A stretch of DNA of 64,000 bases, taken from positions 3,014,662-3,078,661 of the forward strand of contig CAVTRN010000002.1 of assembly GCA_963737155.1 (NCBI GenBank), written 5' to 3'. The translations under genes and the position numbers were made by a program. The notes beneath the pieces are model-generated. The model saw nothing but the letters and a program-made list of their open reading frames with translations. It had not been told where the DNA came from and searched no databases. The stretch comes from Nitrospirota bacterium (GTDB lineage Bacteria > Nitrospirota > UBA9217). Positions 1-8,954 of the stretch are shown here, in pieces. Numbering within the stretch: the stretch's first letter is position 1; each line of letters starts with the position of its first letter.

Positions 1-968
1 AATTTAAAAAAAAGATTCTCAGCCACAAGCTGTGCGCTGACGCGGCGATCGATCAGATGTCTGCTCGCGATGATCAGGTCCAGATCGGCGAGCATCGCCG
101 GAAGAGGGAACCGACCCGCTCCCCGTCGATATTGTTCTCCGGACCCGGTCTGTACAAGCAGCCGCTCTTCCTCTGTTTCCCGATAGATAAGCGCATCGCG
201 AATGCTTTCAACCCCGATTTCGAGCAGCCGGTCGAACTGTTCCCGGTCTTTCGCGTAACGTTCAGCGAGGTTGAGCACCTCAGAGGCACTCATCTGGCCG
301 ATATCGTTCCACAACGACAGGAACTGCTCCCGCTCGGCTTTTTCCTGCCCCGCATCCATTTCCAGGCTGCGGCCGATACTCCCACGGGCAAGTGCCGCAA
401 GAAACCAAGCATCCTCCTTAGAAAGACCGCGTTCCCTCACGAGAAACTGGGCCAGCGTCCTGCGCGGGAGGGGCTGGAAACGTATTTCCTGACACCGCGA
501 GCGAATGGTTGGCAGTAAGCTTTGCGGAATTGACGTGATCAGAATGATGAGCGCATCGCCCGGCGGCTCTTCGAGTGTTTTCAGGAAAGCGTTCGACGAC
601 GGCCGGTTCATACTCTCTGCGAAATCGACGATCAGCGTCTTTTTTGTTCCCTCAAAGGGCCTGAGCGACAAGCTCTCTTGTATCTGTCTGATCTGGTCGA
701 TCTTGATTTCCTCACCATCCGGAACCAGCAAGTGAATATCAGGGTGTCCCCCCGATGCAGTCTTGCGGCATGACGGACAAACACCGCATCCGCCCTGAGG
801 CCCTCGGTTCTGACAATTAACGGCGGCGGCAAGCGCGAGTGCCGTCAGCTTCTTGCCGATCCCCACATCACCGGAAAAAAGATATGCATGGGCGAGAGTG
901 TTGTTTGCCAAAGCCCGCTTCAAAATGGCAACAGGCTGTTCATGCCCTTCTATCCCTGCAAACGACAT
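1..968 (-). CDS. holB: DNA polymerase III subunit delta' (3' end outside window)
   Basis: Manual translation from ATG 968: MSFAGIEGHEQPVAILKRALANNTLAHAYLFSGDVGIGKK...CGVCPSC...HPD...IKIDQIR...NAFLKTLEEPP...LLPTIRSRC; lies downstream of tmk as usual. Missing from the ORF track because it has no stop in the window. Confidence 0.93.
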   Translation of the reverse strand, partial: MSFAGIEGHEQPVAILKRALANNTLAHAYLFSGDVGIGKKLTALALAAAVNCQNRGPQGGCGVCPSCRKTASGGHPDIHLLVPDGEEIKIDQIRQIQESLSLRPFEGTKKTLIVDFAESMNRPSSNAFLKTLEEPPGDALIILITSIPQSLLPTIRSRCQEIRFQPLPRRTLAQFLVRERGLSKEDAWFLAALARGSIGRSLEMDAGQEKAEREQFLSLWNDIGQMSASEVLNLAERYAKDREQFDRLLEIGVESIRDALIYRETEEERLLVQTGSGEQYRRGAGRFPLPAMLADLDLIIASRHLIDRRVSAQLVAENLFFK

Positions 969-1140
969 GTTTTATGCACCATTCCTAGAACTATAGTCTT
1001 TTATTTCTAATAACTATGACGGCAGCCGAATAGCACTGCTATTATAGGTTAATGTCGGGAGTTTCCGTCCTGTTTAATCCAAACCCCGTTTCTTGATAAT
1101 CGGGATTCTTTTCAGCACCTTCAATAAGACTTCAAAACTT

Positions 1141-1782
1141 CTACGATCTCAACAATTCATCGACCAGATTGCGAAGCTCGTTCTGAATTACTTCGGGATC
1201 GGGCGACGCATCGACAATTCGGAAACGGTCCGGCTCTTGACTTGCCAGAACAAGATAACCCTGCCGTACCCGCTCATGAAACGAAAGGTGCTCATTCTCG
1301 AAACGTGCCTCCGCCTCCAGTCCCCCACGGCTGTTTCTTCCACGCGCCCTAGCCAGCCCCGTTGCCGCATCGATATCAAGGAGAATGGTCAGGTCAGGCC
1401 GAATATCGTCCGTCACGATCCTGTCCAGAGACTTGATTAGTCCAAAATCGAGCCCGCGCCCGTACCCCTGGTATGCAAGCGTTGCGTCCGAGAAGCGGTC
1501 ACAGAGCACGATCCATCCGGCTGAGCGTCCAGGAACGATAACCGCCGCCAAGTGCTGCGCCCTGCCGGCGGCGTAGAGAAGCAATTCCGCCTTGGGATCA
1601 AGCGAGGTATTCGCCGGATCGAGCAGAATTTTTCTTATCTGGTCGCCGATCGATGTTCCCCCGGGCTCACGGGTGAGCGTTACGGACTTGCCGAGCGTGG
1701 AGAGGTAGTTCGCGAGCAAAGCGATCTGGGTGGACTTGCCTGAGCCTTCGATTCCCTCGAAGGTTATGAAGGGACCCACCAT
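1141..1782 (-). CDS. tmk: thymidylate kinase
   Basis: FITFEGIEGSGKSTQ P-loop, TREPGG and LCDRF motifs. Confidence 0.97.
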   Translation of the reverse strand: MVGPFITFEGIEGSGKSTQIALLANYLSTLGKSVTLTREPGGTSIGDQIRKILLDPANTSLDPKAELLLYAAGRAQHLAAVIVPGRSAGWIVLCDRFSDATLAYQGYGRGLDFGLIKSLDRIVTDDIRPDLTILLDIDAATGLARARGRNSRGGLEAEARFENEHLSFHERVRQGYLVLASQEPDRFRIVDASPDPEVIQNELRNLVDELLRS

Positions 1783-3675
1783 CTATTTGAGCTCCACAAC
1801 AACATCGTTCGCCGCTTTAAGCGAGGCATTCGATGTGAAGAAGAGCACTTGTGTTTTCGAACCGAGTGCACGCAGTACCTGACATGCGGCATGCTGCCGT
1901 GCCGGGTCAAAACCGGCAAGCGAGTCATCCAGAACAAAAGGCAACCGCAGTTTCCCCTCTAGCGCCTCCACCAGCCCGACTCTGAAGCAGAAGTAAACGA
2001 GCGCCTTCGTACCATGACTGAGGTCTTCGAATTTGACAACTGAATTATCCGTAGTATAGACGACCGTCGGGCCCTCATGATCGGCGAGCTCAATCCGCAC
2101 ATACCTGCTACTCGTGACGGCTGATAAATATTTCTGCGCCGCCACCTCGGCGGCAGGGACAAGCGTATCCATTTCGATACCGCTAATCCTGCTGGCAATG
2201 GCCAGTTCAGCAGGCCAGCCCGTTGAAACAGGGGGTGCCGCGTTTAATTTAACTGGCAATGCCGCGTCGCCGCGAACACCGGTCCACGCCGTCCCGGAGG
2301 ACGAGCACTCGGAATCCAGGCGTTCGATATTCTGCCTTATGCTGTAAGTATCCGCTTCATGATGGGAAACAGCCCTCGCTGCTGCTCCTAGCCGAAGAAC
2401 CTCGTCCTGCTGTTTCTGGCTCTGCTGCCGCAAGGATTCGGGTGTCAAGTTTCCGAGGATGCGTTTACGCGTCTCTTCCTGGTCTTGCAGCAGTGAACAC
2501 AAATAGCGGTAGTTCTCTGCTTTTTCCTTAAGCTCTCCTGTGGTTGCCGCACCAATGGAACGTATGTAGGACGCGACAAGAGCCCCGTCGTGCACAGCCT
2601 CTCGTTCTAGCTCAGTTAGTTCACTCTGAACGGTGAACGCTTCTTTTTTCACGGCCTTAAATTGCGCGTTCTTTCGCGAACCGTTGTACCAGGCCGTTGC
2701 CATGAGTATTAGAGAACCAATTATCCCTAGCGGAAACAAATAGGCATAAGCATCAGTCAATAAGTACATTCCAACAACTAGCGACAGAATGCCGAGCACC
2801 ACTCCGAGAAGAAACAATTTGTCAGTTACGAGGTTGGTCATCGGCATGCTTGACAGCCGCATGTTCAATCCTTCAAGCTCCCTGCGGAGGTCATCGGCAT
2901 CTGCCCCTTTCTGTGCCTGGTGGCGTTCGTGATCTTCGAGCACCTCGCTCAGATTCTCGGGGAGAACCTCGCATACATTGAGTTCGGCTAAAGAAGATTG
3001 AATCTCGGCGTTCTTTTTTTCCATCTCGTCAAGTGCGGCCAGTTTTTTATTGATTTCGTCCTGGGCGAGTTTGGCAGACTGGTACCGGTAGTCTGCATCC
3101 GCTGCCTCCTCTGCCAGACGCAGGGTCTCGCGAAGTTCGACGAGCCTTGACCGAGCAGCGGAATCTTCTGGCGCGGCCACCTGAGCGGCTGGTAACTGCT
3201 GTTTTTTTTCTGCAGCAATCGGTGCTCCGCACAATGAACCGTTGTGTAAATGCTCCCGCCGAATCACGAACACCTTCCCGTAGTCCTCCTCCGACAGGTC
3301 GGCCGTAAGCCCCCTCATGAATTTTGTCGCATTGTCCCAGTCCTTGTGAAGAAGGTTAAACTCTTTAGTAGCCGAATTATATTTGGAAAGGTTCACCGCG
3401 CTCTTCACGAAATCCTGGATCACGCGGTAGTACAGCCCGTCATCGGAGCATATCACCAGGGCACTCCGTGAAGCATCATGCGTGTATCTTGATTTGAGAG
3501 ATTCCCCATGCTCTGGCTGTGCGGATGGGAAAAGAAGGCGTTGCAGTGTGTCGACAGCTGTGGTTTTCCCTGATTCGTTGCCGGCTATAACCATGTTAAA
3601 ACCGTTCTCGAATCTCAGGCGCGCAAGTTCACGGATTCCGCGAATGCCCTGCATCACAAGCTCCACAAGGAACAT
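1783..3675 (-). CDS. Rad50/SbcC/YhaN-like ABC ATPase with coiled coils and two central TM helices
   Basis: N-terminal Walker A GNESGKTT; C-terminal LSHGTK signature and VLDD Walker B; long coiled coils; two hydrophobic segments at about aa 288-330. Confidence 0.75.
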   Translation of the reverse strand: MFLVELVMQGIRGIRELARLRFENGFNMVIAGNESGKTTAVDTLQRLLFPSAQPEHGESLKSRYTHDASRSALVICSDDGLYYRVIQDFVKSAVNLSKYNSATKEFNLLHKDWDNATKFMRGLTADLSEEDYGKVFVIRREHLHNGSLCGAPIAAEKKQQLPAAQVAAPEDSAARSRLVELRETLRLAEEAADADYRYQSAKLAQDEINKKLAALDEMEKKNAEIQSSLAELNVCEVLPENLSEVLEDHERHQAQKGADADDLRRELEGLNMRLSSMPMTNLVTDKLFLLGVVLGILSLVVGMYLLTDAYAYLFPLGIIGSLILMATAWYNGSRKNAQFKAVKKEAFTVQSELTELEREAVHDGALVASYIRSIGAATTGELKEKAENYRYLCSLLQDQEETRKRILGNLTPESLRQQSQKQQDEVLRLGAAARAVSHHEADTYSIRQNIERLDSECSSSGTAWTGVRGDAALPVKLNAAPPVSTGWPAELAIASRISGIEMDTLVPAAEVAAQKYLSAVTSSRYVRIELADHEGPTVVYTTDNSVVKFEDLSHGTKALVYFCFRVGLVEALEGKLRLPFVLDDSLAGFDPARQHAACQVLRALGSKTQVLFFTSNASLKAANDVVVELK

Positions 3676-3752
3676 AGACGTGCTCCTCTCTCATAATTCA
3701 GCTTCTTACTATATCGTATGCAGGCTAAAGATGCAACAGGGAAAAGCGGCGA

Positions 3753-5282
3753 CTACAGCATCGCGAGTGCATTCTTAAGCGCCTCCGCCTTCTGGAGCGT
3801 CTCCCGGTATTCCGCCGCGGGGTCGGAGTCGGCAACGATCCCGGCACCGACCTGCAGGTACGCAGTTCCGTCCTTTATGACAAAGGTCCTGATGATGATA
3901 TTCATATCCATATCGCCATCATTCGAAAAATAACCGATGGAGCCGGTATAAAGTCCGCGCGATACCGGTTCAAGTTCGTCGATGATCTCCATACACCGCA
4001 CCTTAGGCACTCCAGTTATCGTACCGCCAGGGAATACAGAACGTACAAGGTCGAAAGCATCCTTCCCCGGCGCAAGGTCACCACGAACATTGGAAACAAT
4101 ATGAATCACATGGGAATAGTCCTCGACGGCCATGATTTCATCGACCACAATCGACCCGTAAGAGCACACTTTTCCAAGATCATTCCGCTCTAGATCCAGA
4201 AGCATTATATGCTCCGCGCGCTCCTTCTCACTTGTCAGAAGCTCCGCGGAGAGCTCCCGCATTTCCGACTGATCGCTCCCTCTGCGGCGGGTGCCCGCGA
4301 TCGGCCGCGTATCGGCAACCCCTTCGCGCAACCGAATAAGCCGCTCCGGCGAGGAACTCGCAAGTTGGAGATCACCAAAATCAAGAAAAGCGGCGAATGG
4401 TGACGGGTTGACGGCGCGCAGTATTTTGTACAAGCTGAATGAGTCGGCCCCGTCGATAAACGCAGAGAACCGCTGGGACAAATTGGCCTGATAAATATCT
4501 CCTGCCGATATGTACTCTTTGCACCGGATGACCATGGCCTCAAACTCGGTCTGGCTCAAACCGGCTGAAAGCTCGAACTCTTTCACAGGCTCTCTTGCAT
4601 TCGGTAGCGGGGCGCTATCACGATGTGAAGCCGATTCCAGCCTGACTACGGTTGTCCGCAATCTTTCCCCAGCCTCATTAAAAAGCCGGTCCCACTGGTT
4701 TGGCTCAGGCCGTCTGAATCCCAGTTCCTGCTCACGCGCCCCGGGGTTCACGATCACCCAGGCCTTGTCCAGAATATGGTCAAAAGCAACCACGAGATCG
4801 ACAAAAATGAAGCAGGCTTCGGGAAAATCAACATCGACTGCTGCCCGGCGAGGCAGCTTTTCAAACTGGCGGGAGAAATCGTAAGAAAAGTATCCAACAG
4901 CGCCACCGGTAAAAGGGGGCAATCCGGCAATTCGGCTGGTCCTATAATTATTAAGCAACTCACGGAGTTTTTCCAGCGGCTTACGCTTCGTCATTGCCCG
5001 CCTGCCAAATTTCCTCTCGAGAGTTTTCGGTAGAATAAGTTCCACCGTTTCGCCGCGGGATTTAAAAATTAGATAAGGATCGGCAGTTACGAACGAATAT
5101 CTTCCGATCTTCTCGTTAACGCGTGCGCTTTCGAGCAGCACGGGACAACCGTCCTGACGCAGAGCTTCGAAGGCAGTTAACGGTGAAAGTCCAGGTATGC
5201 AGATTTCCGATGTGAGGGGCATGATAACGTCATGCCGGAGCTGCTCGAAAAATTCTTTTTTTGTGGGGTTTAGAATATACAT
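3753..5282 (-). CDS. chorismate-utilising enzyme, anthranilate synthase component I / ADC synthase (TrpE/PabB) family
   Basis: LLES, PPFTGGAVG, IYQANLSQR, SSPE, PIAGT, KERAEHIML, FPGGTITGVPK, GAGIVADS. Confidence 0.92.
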   Translation of the reverse strand: MYILNPTKKEFFEQLRHDVIMPLTSEICIPGLSPLTAFEALRQDGCPVLLESARVNEKIGRYSFVTADPYLIFKSRGETVELILPKTLERKFGRRAMTKRKPLEKLRELLNNYRTSRIAGLPPFTGGAVGYFSYDFSRQFEKLPRRAAVDVDFPEACFIFVDLVVAFDHILDKAWVIVNPGAREQELGFRRPEPNQWDRLFNEAGERLRTTVVRLESASHRDSAPLPNAREPVKEFELSAGLSQTEFEAMVIRCKEYISAGDIYQANLSQRFSAFIDGADSFSLYKILRAVNPSPFAAFLDFGDLQLASSSPERLIRLREGVADTRPIAGTRRRGSDQSEMRELSAELLTSEKERAEHIMLLDLERNDLGKVCSYGSIVVDEIMAVEDYSHVIHIVSNVRGDLAPGKDAFDLVRSVFPGGTITGVPKVRCMEIIDELEPVSRGLYTGSIGYFSNDGDMDMNIIIRTFVIKDGTAYLQVGAGIVADSDPAAEYRETLQKAEALKNALAML

Positions 5283-5296
5283 ACATAACCTACGAA

Positions 5297-5325
5297 ATTG
5301 TAAAGATAATTCGTCAGTTGGTCAA
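5297..5325 (-). promoter_or_regulatory. sigma70-type promoter of the TrpE/PabB gene
   Basis: TTGACC-N17-TACAAT on the minus strand; -10 ends 14 nt before ATG 5282. Confidence 0.65.
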
Positions 5326-5346
5326 GACAATTTTAGTAAAATAATT

Positions 5347-5419
5347 CTGCAACCGAGCGATAAATATGGTATAGTATCATTAGATTAACGCATTAAGAAG
5401 TGCATTAACGTTCTTTGAA
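5347..5419 (+). promoter_or_regulatory. extended -10 promoter plus boxA-like element upstream of the candidate ncRNA
   Basis: CTGCAA-N17-TATAGT (5347-5375) with TG at 5367-68; GTTCTTTGAA at 5410-5419. Confidence 0.5.
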
Positions 5420-5436
5420 GATACGGCAGTTTGCAT

Positions 5437-5757
5437 GGCGTTGCCGAACCAGCACCGTTAGGTGTACAGATGATAACCCGTTATAAAGGGGATCAAGCAC
5501 CGGAAATGATGGAGTGCCGAAGCCGGGAAGAGGACAGCAAGTTGAGCGGTCAGTCTCCCGATTGATACACAGGCATCCACAGGACGGAAGAGCCGAAACC
5601 CCTAAGTTGCGTGCGTACACGGGAAGAGGCGAGGAGGCCTTTCACACACGACGCTTCACAGGGTCTGCAAAGCGGAGCCGCAGAAGCAGGATGTACTTCC
5701 CGAAGTAGACACAGCTCAGCGGAATATCAAGACCGGTTCGGGGGCAACGCCTTTTTT
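5437..5757 (+). ncRNA. candidate large structured ncRNA (unassigned; GGA-rich, possibly CsrB/Rsm-like)
   Basis: GGCGTTGCCGAACC (5437-50) pairs with GGTTC-GGG-GGCAACGCC (5735-51), followed by T6; many internal helices; 12 GGA; no credible ORF. Confidence 0.65.
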
Positions 5758-5982
5758 ATTGCCTTTTACGTTTCAACCAACCAGAAAGGTTCTTCTCTTG
5801 CTGAAATTTATCAATACATCCCTTCCTCACTGTAATTGCAGCACTCTCCATAATTTCTTAAGACCCTTAGTAAAATAATGCATATCCCATCGATCTACCC
5901 CTCGACAAAAAGCAAATTTTATTTTAAACTGATCCCGTTTCCCGAATTCGCGATCTGATTACGTTTCAAAAGGGAGCTGGCC

Positions 5983-6375
5983 ATGAACCATGCCATTGAC
6001 GTACATATCTATTATGAGGATACCGATTGCGGCGGTGTGGTGTACTATGCCAACTATCTGCGCTACATGGAACGGGCACGAACCGAATATCTAGCGTCGC
6101 GAGGGTTCTCGGTAAAAAAACTCATGGACGAGGGAACAATCTTCATGGTGCTCCGGGTCGAGATCGACTATAAATCCCCTGCGCGGTATAGCGACACCAT
6201 CGAAATCGAGACAGGGGTAAGAGACGTGACCCGAGTGACCATGATGTTTGAGCATACCATGCGAGAAAAGATCTCGGGCCGGGTCTTTGTGGAATGCCGC
6301 GCAAAAGTTGTATATGTCGACAAGCACGGCAAGCCGAAACGCCTAGCCGAAGATTTCGTGGAAAAAATGAAATGA
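5983..6375 (+). CDS. ybgC: YbgC/FadM family acyl-CoA thioesterase
   Basis: YYEDTDCGGVVYYANYLRYMERARTE signature. Confidence 0.9.
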   Translation: MNHAIDVHIYYEDTDCGGVVYYANYLRYMERARTEYLASRGFSVKKLMDEGTIFMVLRVEIDYKSPARYSDTIEIETGVRDVTRVTMMFEHTMREKISGRVFVECRAKVVYVDKHGKPKRLAEDFVEKMK

Positions 6376-7100
6376 AGGCTGTTACCCACGACCAAATCGC
6401 GCTTCGCGGTGCAGGCACAGTGAACATCACACAGCCTGAAAAAGGCGCCCGCTTCACGCTGGACAGCCTCCTTCTCGCAGATTTCTGCCGCATCAAAGCC
6501 CGGGACACCATTCTAGAACCAGGATCGGGTACAGGAATCATATCCCTCCTTCTTGCAAAAAAGTTTCCCTGCGCCTCCATTGTTTCCGTCGAGGCGCAGA
6601 CCTCCGTTGCTGATCTTTGCTCCCGAAATATATCGGACAACGGCCTCGATGACCACATTAAACTGCTCAACCAGGACATCCGGGAGATGCAACACATCGT
6701 GAAACCCGCCTCCTTCGATGCCATTGTTGCTAATCCACCCTTCACGCGGACAGGAACCGGCAGACAAAGCCCCATTCCGGAAAGGCTGGCGTCACGTCAT
6801 GACCGGATGGGGACAATACAGGCTTGGCTGGATCTCCGGATTTTTCTCAGGAACACAGGTCGCTATTTCCTCGTCTTCCCTGCGGGCCGAGCAGCGGAAA
6901 TTCTGTCTCTGCTGCACGAGGAAAAGTTGGAGCCTAAGCGTGTGCGGTTCGTCCATCCCCGGCAAAATAAGTCTGCTTCCCTTATCCTAATCGAAGCCAT
7001 AAAATCAGCCGCCGCCGGCCTCGAAGTCCTACCACCGCTCATTGTACATGAAGCCAGAGGCTATTCCCAGGAGATGCTGCAAATCTACGACCTTTCTTAA
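6372..7100 (+). CDS. tRNA1(Val) (adenine37-N6)-methyltransferase-like (YfiC/TrmN6)
   Basis: FTLDSLLLA, EPGSGTG SAM motif, NPPF; ATGA overlap with ybgC places the start at 6372. Confidence 0.85.
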   Translation: MKAVTHDQIALRGAGTVNITQPEKGARFTLDSLLLADFCRIKARDTILEPGSGTGIISLLLAKKFPCASIVSVEAQTSVADLCSRNISDNGLDDHIKLLNQDIREMQHIVKPASFDAIVANPPFTRTGTGRQSPIPERLASRHDRMGTIQAWLDLRIFLRNTGRYFLVFPAGRAAEILSLLHEEKLEPKRVRFVHPRQNKSASLILIEAIKSAAAGLEVLPPLIVHEARGYSQEMLQIYDLS

Positions 7101-7260
7101 AGCCATCTTATTCTTGAATCTGCGCTTTTTCATAGCTCCTGCATCTCCTCCAACGAACTGTGATATAGTTATAATAGCTCATAAAACAGACGTTTCTCCC
7201 GTTCCGTTGAGAAACATATGGGGCGCGAGGGGAGAAAGGAATGACCGTAGGAGGTTCTCG

Positions 7261-8466
7261 ATGGCCGGAGATACATACCCTTATATAATAGTAGGAGCAG
7301 GTCTCGCAGGAACATCAGCCGTGGACGGCATCCGGGAGGAGGACAAAAATGGCGCCATTATGCTCATCGGCGCAGAAAGACACCTGCCCTATGATCGCCC
7401 GCCGCTTTCGAAAAAACTCTGGTTCGGCAAAAAGAAAGTCGAAGAGATATTTCTTCATGACCAGCGCTATTACGACCAGAACGGCGTTACCCTCGCCTCA
7501 GGCATTTCGGTGACTTCGATTGATACGAAGCAGAAGTCAATTACAACACACGACGGGAACACCTACTTTTATCGAAAGCTCCTGCTCGCAACCGGCGGCA
7601 TGCCTCGAACCCTACCTCTACCGGGAGGCGACTTGGAAGGCATTTTTTATTTTCGGACGCTCGACGATTACTTGAGGTTACGGCAGGAGTCATCAGCGGG
7701 GAAAACCGCCGTTGTAGTCGGCGGCGGATTCATCGGTTCGGAACTCGCCGCAGCCCTGACAATCAACAGAGTAAGTGTGACCATGATTTTCCCTGAGCCC
7801 GTCCTTGTGCGTCGGGTTTTCCCTGAGTCTCTGGGCAGAGCTATTCAGGATGATTACCTCAAGCGGGGCGTAACGCTTCTATCAGGAGAAAAACCCGCTT
7901 CCTTCAACAAAAAAGGAAACACTTTTATTACCCGCACTGAAAGCGGTAAGAAGATCGAATCGGACATGTTGATTGTGGGCATTGGAATTGCGCTTTCCCT
8001 TGGGTTGCCACGCAACGCCGGCCTGCAGACTGCCAATGGAATCATCGTGGACGAATATCTTCAAGCATCGATGCCTGATATCTACGCGGCCGGGGACAAT
8101 GCTCTCTTTCCCTACCAGGCGCTAGGAAAACAAACGCGCGTTGAACATTGGGACAATGCCCTAAACCAGGGAAAGTGGGCGGGGAGAAACATGGCCGGCG
8201 CCGGCGAGCCTTATACGCACATGCCCTACTTTTTCTCGGATCTTTTCGATTTCGGATACGAGGCTGTGGGGGAAGTCGACTCGCAGCTCGAAACCTTCGC
8301 AGATTGGCAGAAGGAAAATGAGAAAGGTGTGATTTACTACCTCAGGGACAGCAAGGTCAGGGGTGCGATGATGTGTAATGTATGGGATAAAGTCGAGGCT
8401 GCACGCACGCTGATTCGGGCCGACCAACACGTAACAAAGGAAGGATTGCGTGGGATAATCCGGTAA
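7261..8466 (+). CDS. FAD/NAD(P)-dependent oxidoreductase (ferredoxin reductase/AIF-like)
   Basis: GAGLAG, PYDRPPLSK, LLATGG, GGGFIGSE, YAAGD, RVEHWDNA, PYFFSD; AGGAGG SD before ATG 7261. Confidence 0.88.
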   Translation: MAGDTYPYIIVGAGLAGTSAVDGIREEDKNGAIMLIGAERHLPYDRPPLSKKLWFGKKKVEEIFLHDQRYYDQNGVTLASGISVTSIDTKQKSITTHDGNTYFYRKLLLATGGMPRTLPLPGGDLEGIFYFRTLDDYLRLRQESSAGKTAVVVGGGFIGSELAAALTINRVSVTMIFPEPVLVRRVFPESLGRAIQDDYLKRGVTLLSGEKPASFNKKGNTFITRTESGKKIESDMLIVGIGIALSLGLPRNAGLQTANGIIVDEYLQASMPDIYAAGDNALFPYQALGKQTRVEHWDNALNQGKWAGRNMAGAGEPYTHMPYFFSDLFDFGYEAVGEVDSQLETFADWQKENEKGVIYYLRDSKVRGAMMCNVWDKVEAARTLIRADQHVTKEGLRGIIR

Positions 8467-8571
8467 AAACAAGCATCACCGATGAACGCAGGAATATACC
8501 ATAACTATTTTTTCAATATTGATCCGTGGTCATCGGTAATTATCAAGGGTTTCAATTCTCAGGAGGCTACC

Positions 8572-8919
8572 ATGAAACTCGCACTGCAAACATCACAACC
8601 CATAACAAAAAACACCCCTCCCCTTTCACGGCAGGACGTTGTGTTGCTCCTTCGTGAAATTCCCGAATGGTCGCTGGGAGAACGGACAATCGGAAGAGAA
8701 TTTCTTTTCAAGGATTTCAGGACCGCCATGGACTTCGTAAACAGCGTCGCCCAGATTGCGAACAAGCAGGATCATCACCCCGACGTGTTCATTTCGTACA
8801 ACAAGGTACAGCTAACCCTGTCAACGCATAAGATTGGCGGTTTGACGCTGAACGATTTTATCGTGGCTGCGAAAATTGACGCTCATTCCAACCAGCCGCG
8901 AATTAAGAAGGCTGCGTGA
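8572..8919 (+). CDS. phhB: pterin-4-alpha-carbinolamine dehydratase
   Basis: DHHPD and THKIGGLTLNDFIVAAKID; AGGAGG SD. Confidence 0.92.
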   Translation: MKLALQTSQPITKNTPPLSRQDVVLLLREIPEWSLGERTIGREFLFKDFRTAMDFVNSVAQIANKQDHHPDVFISYNKVQLTLSTHKIGGLTLNDFIVAAKIDAHSNQPRIKKAA

Positions 8920-8954
8920 CGAGCCATATCACCCACAGGGGCATCGATAAACCG

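Noticed and set aside
5437-5757. Identity as RNase P RNA, tmRNA, SRP RNA or 6S RNA
   Set aside because: No GAGGAAAGUCC core, no tRNA-like CCA end, no SRP helix-8 motif, and it is too long and branched for 6S
5405-5835. Short ORFs of 64-74 aa overlapping the structured tract
   Set aside because: Non-ATG starts, no convincing SD and no protein-like motifs
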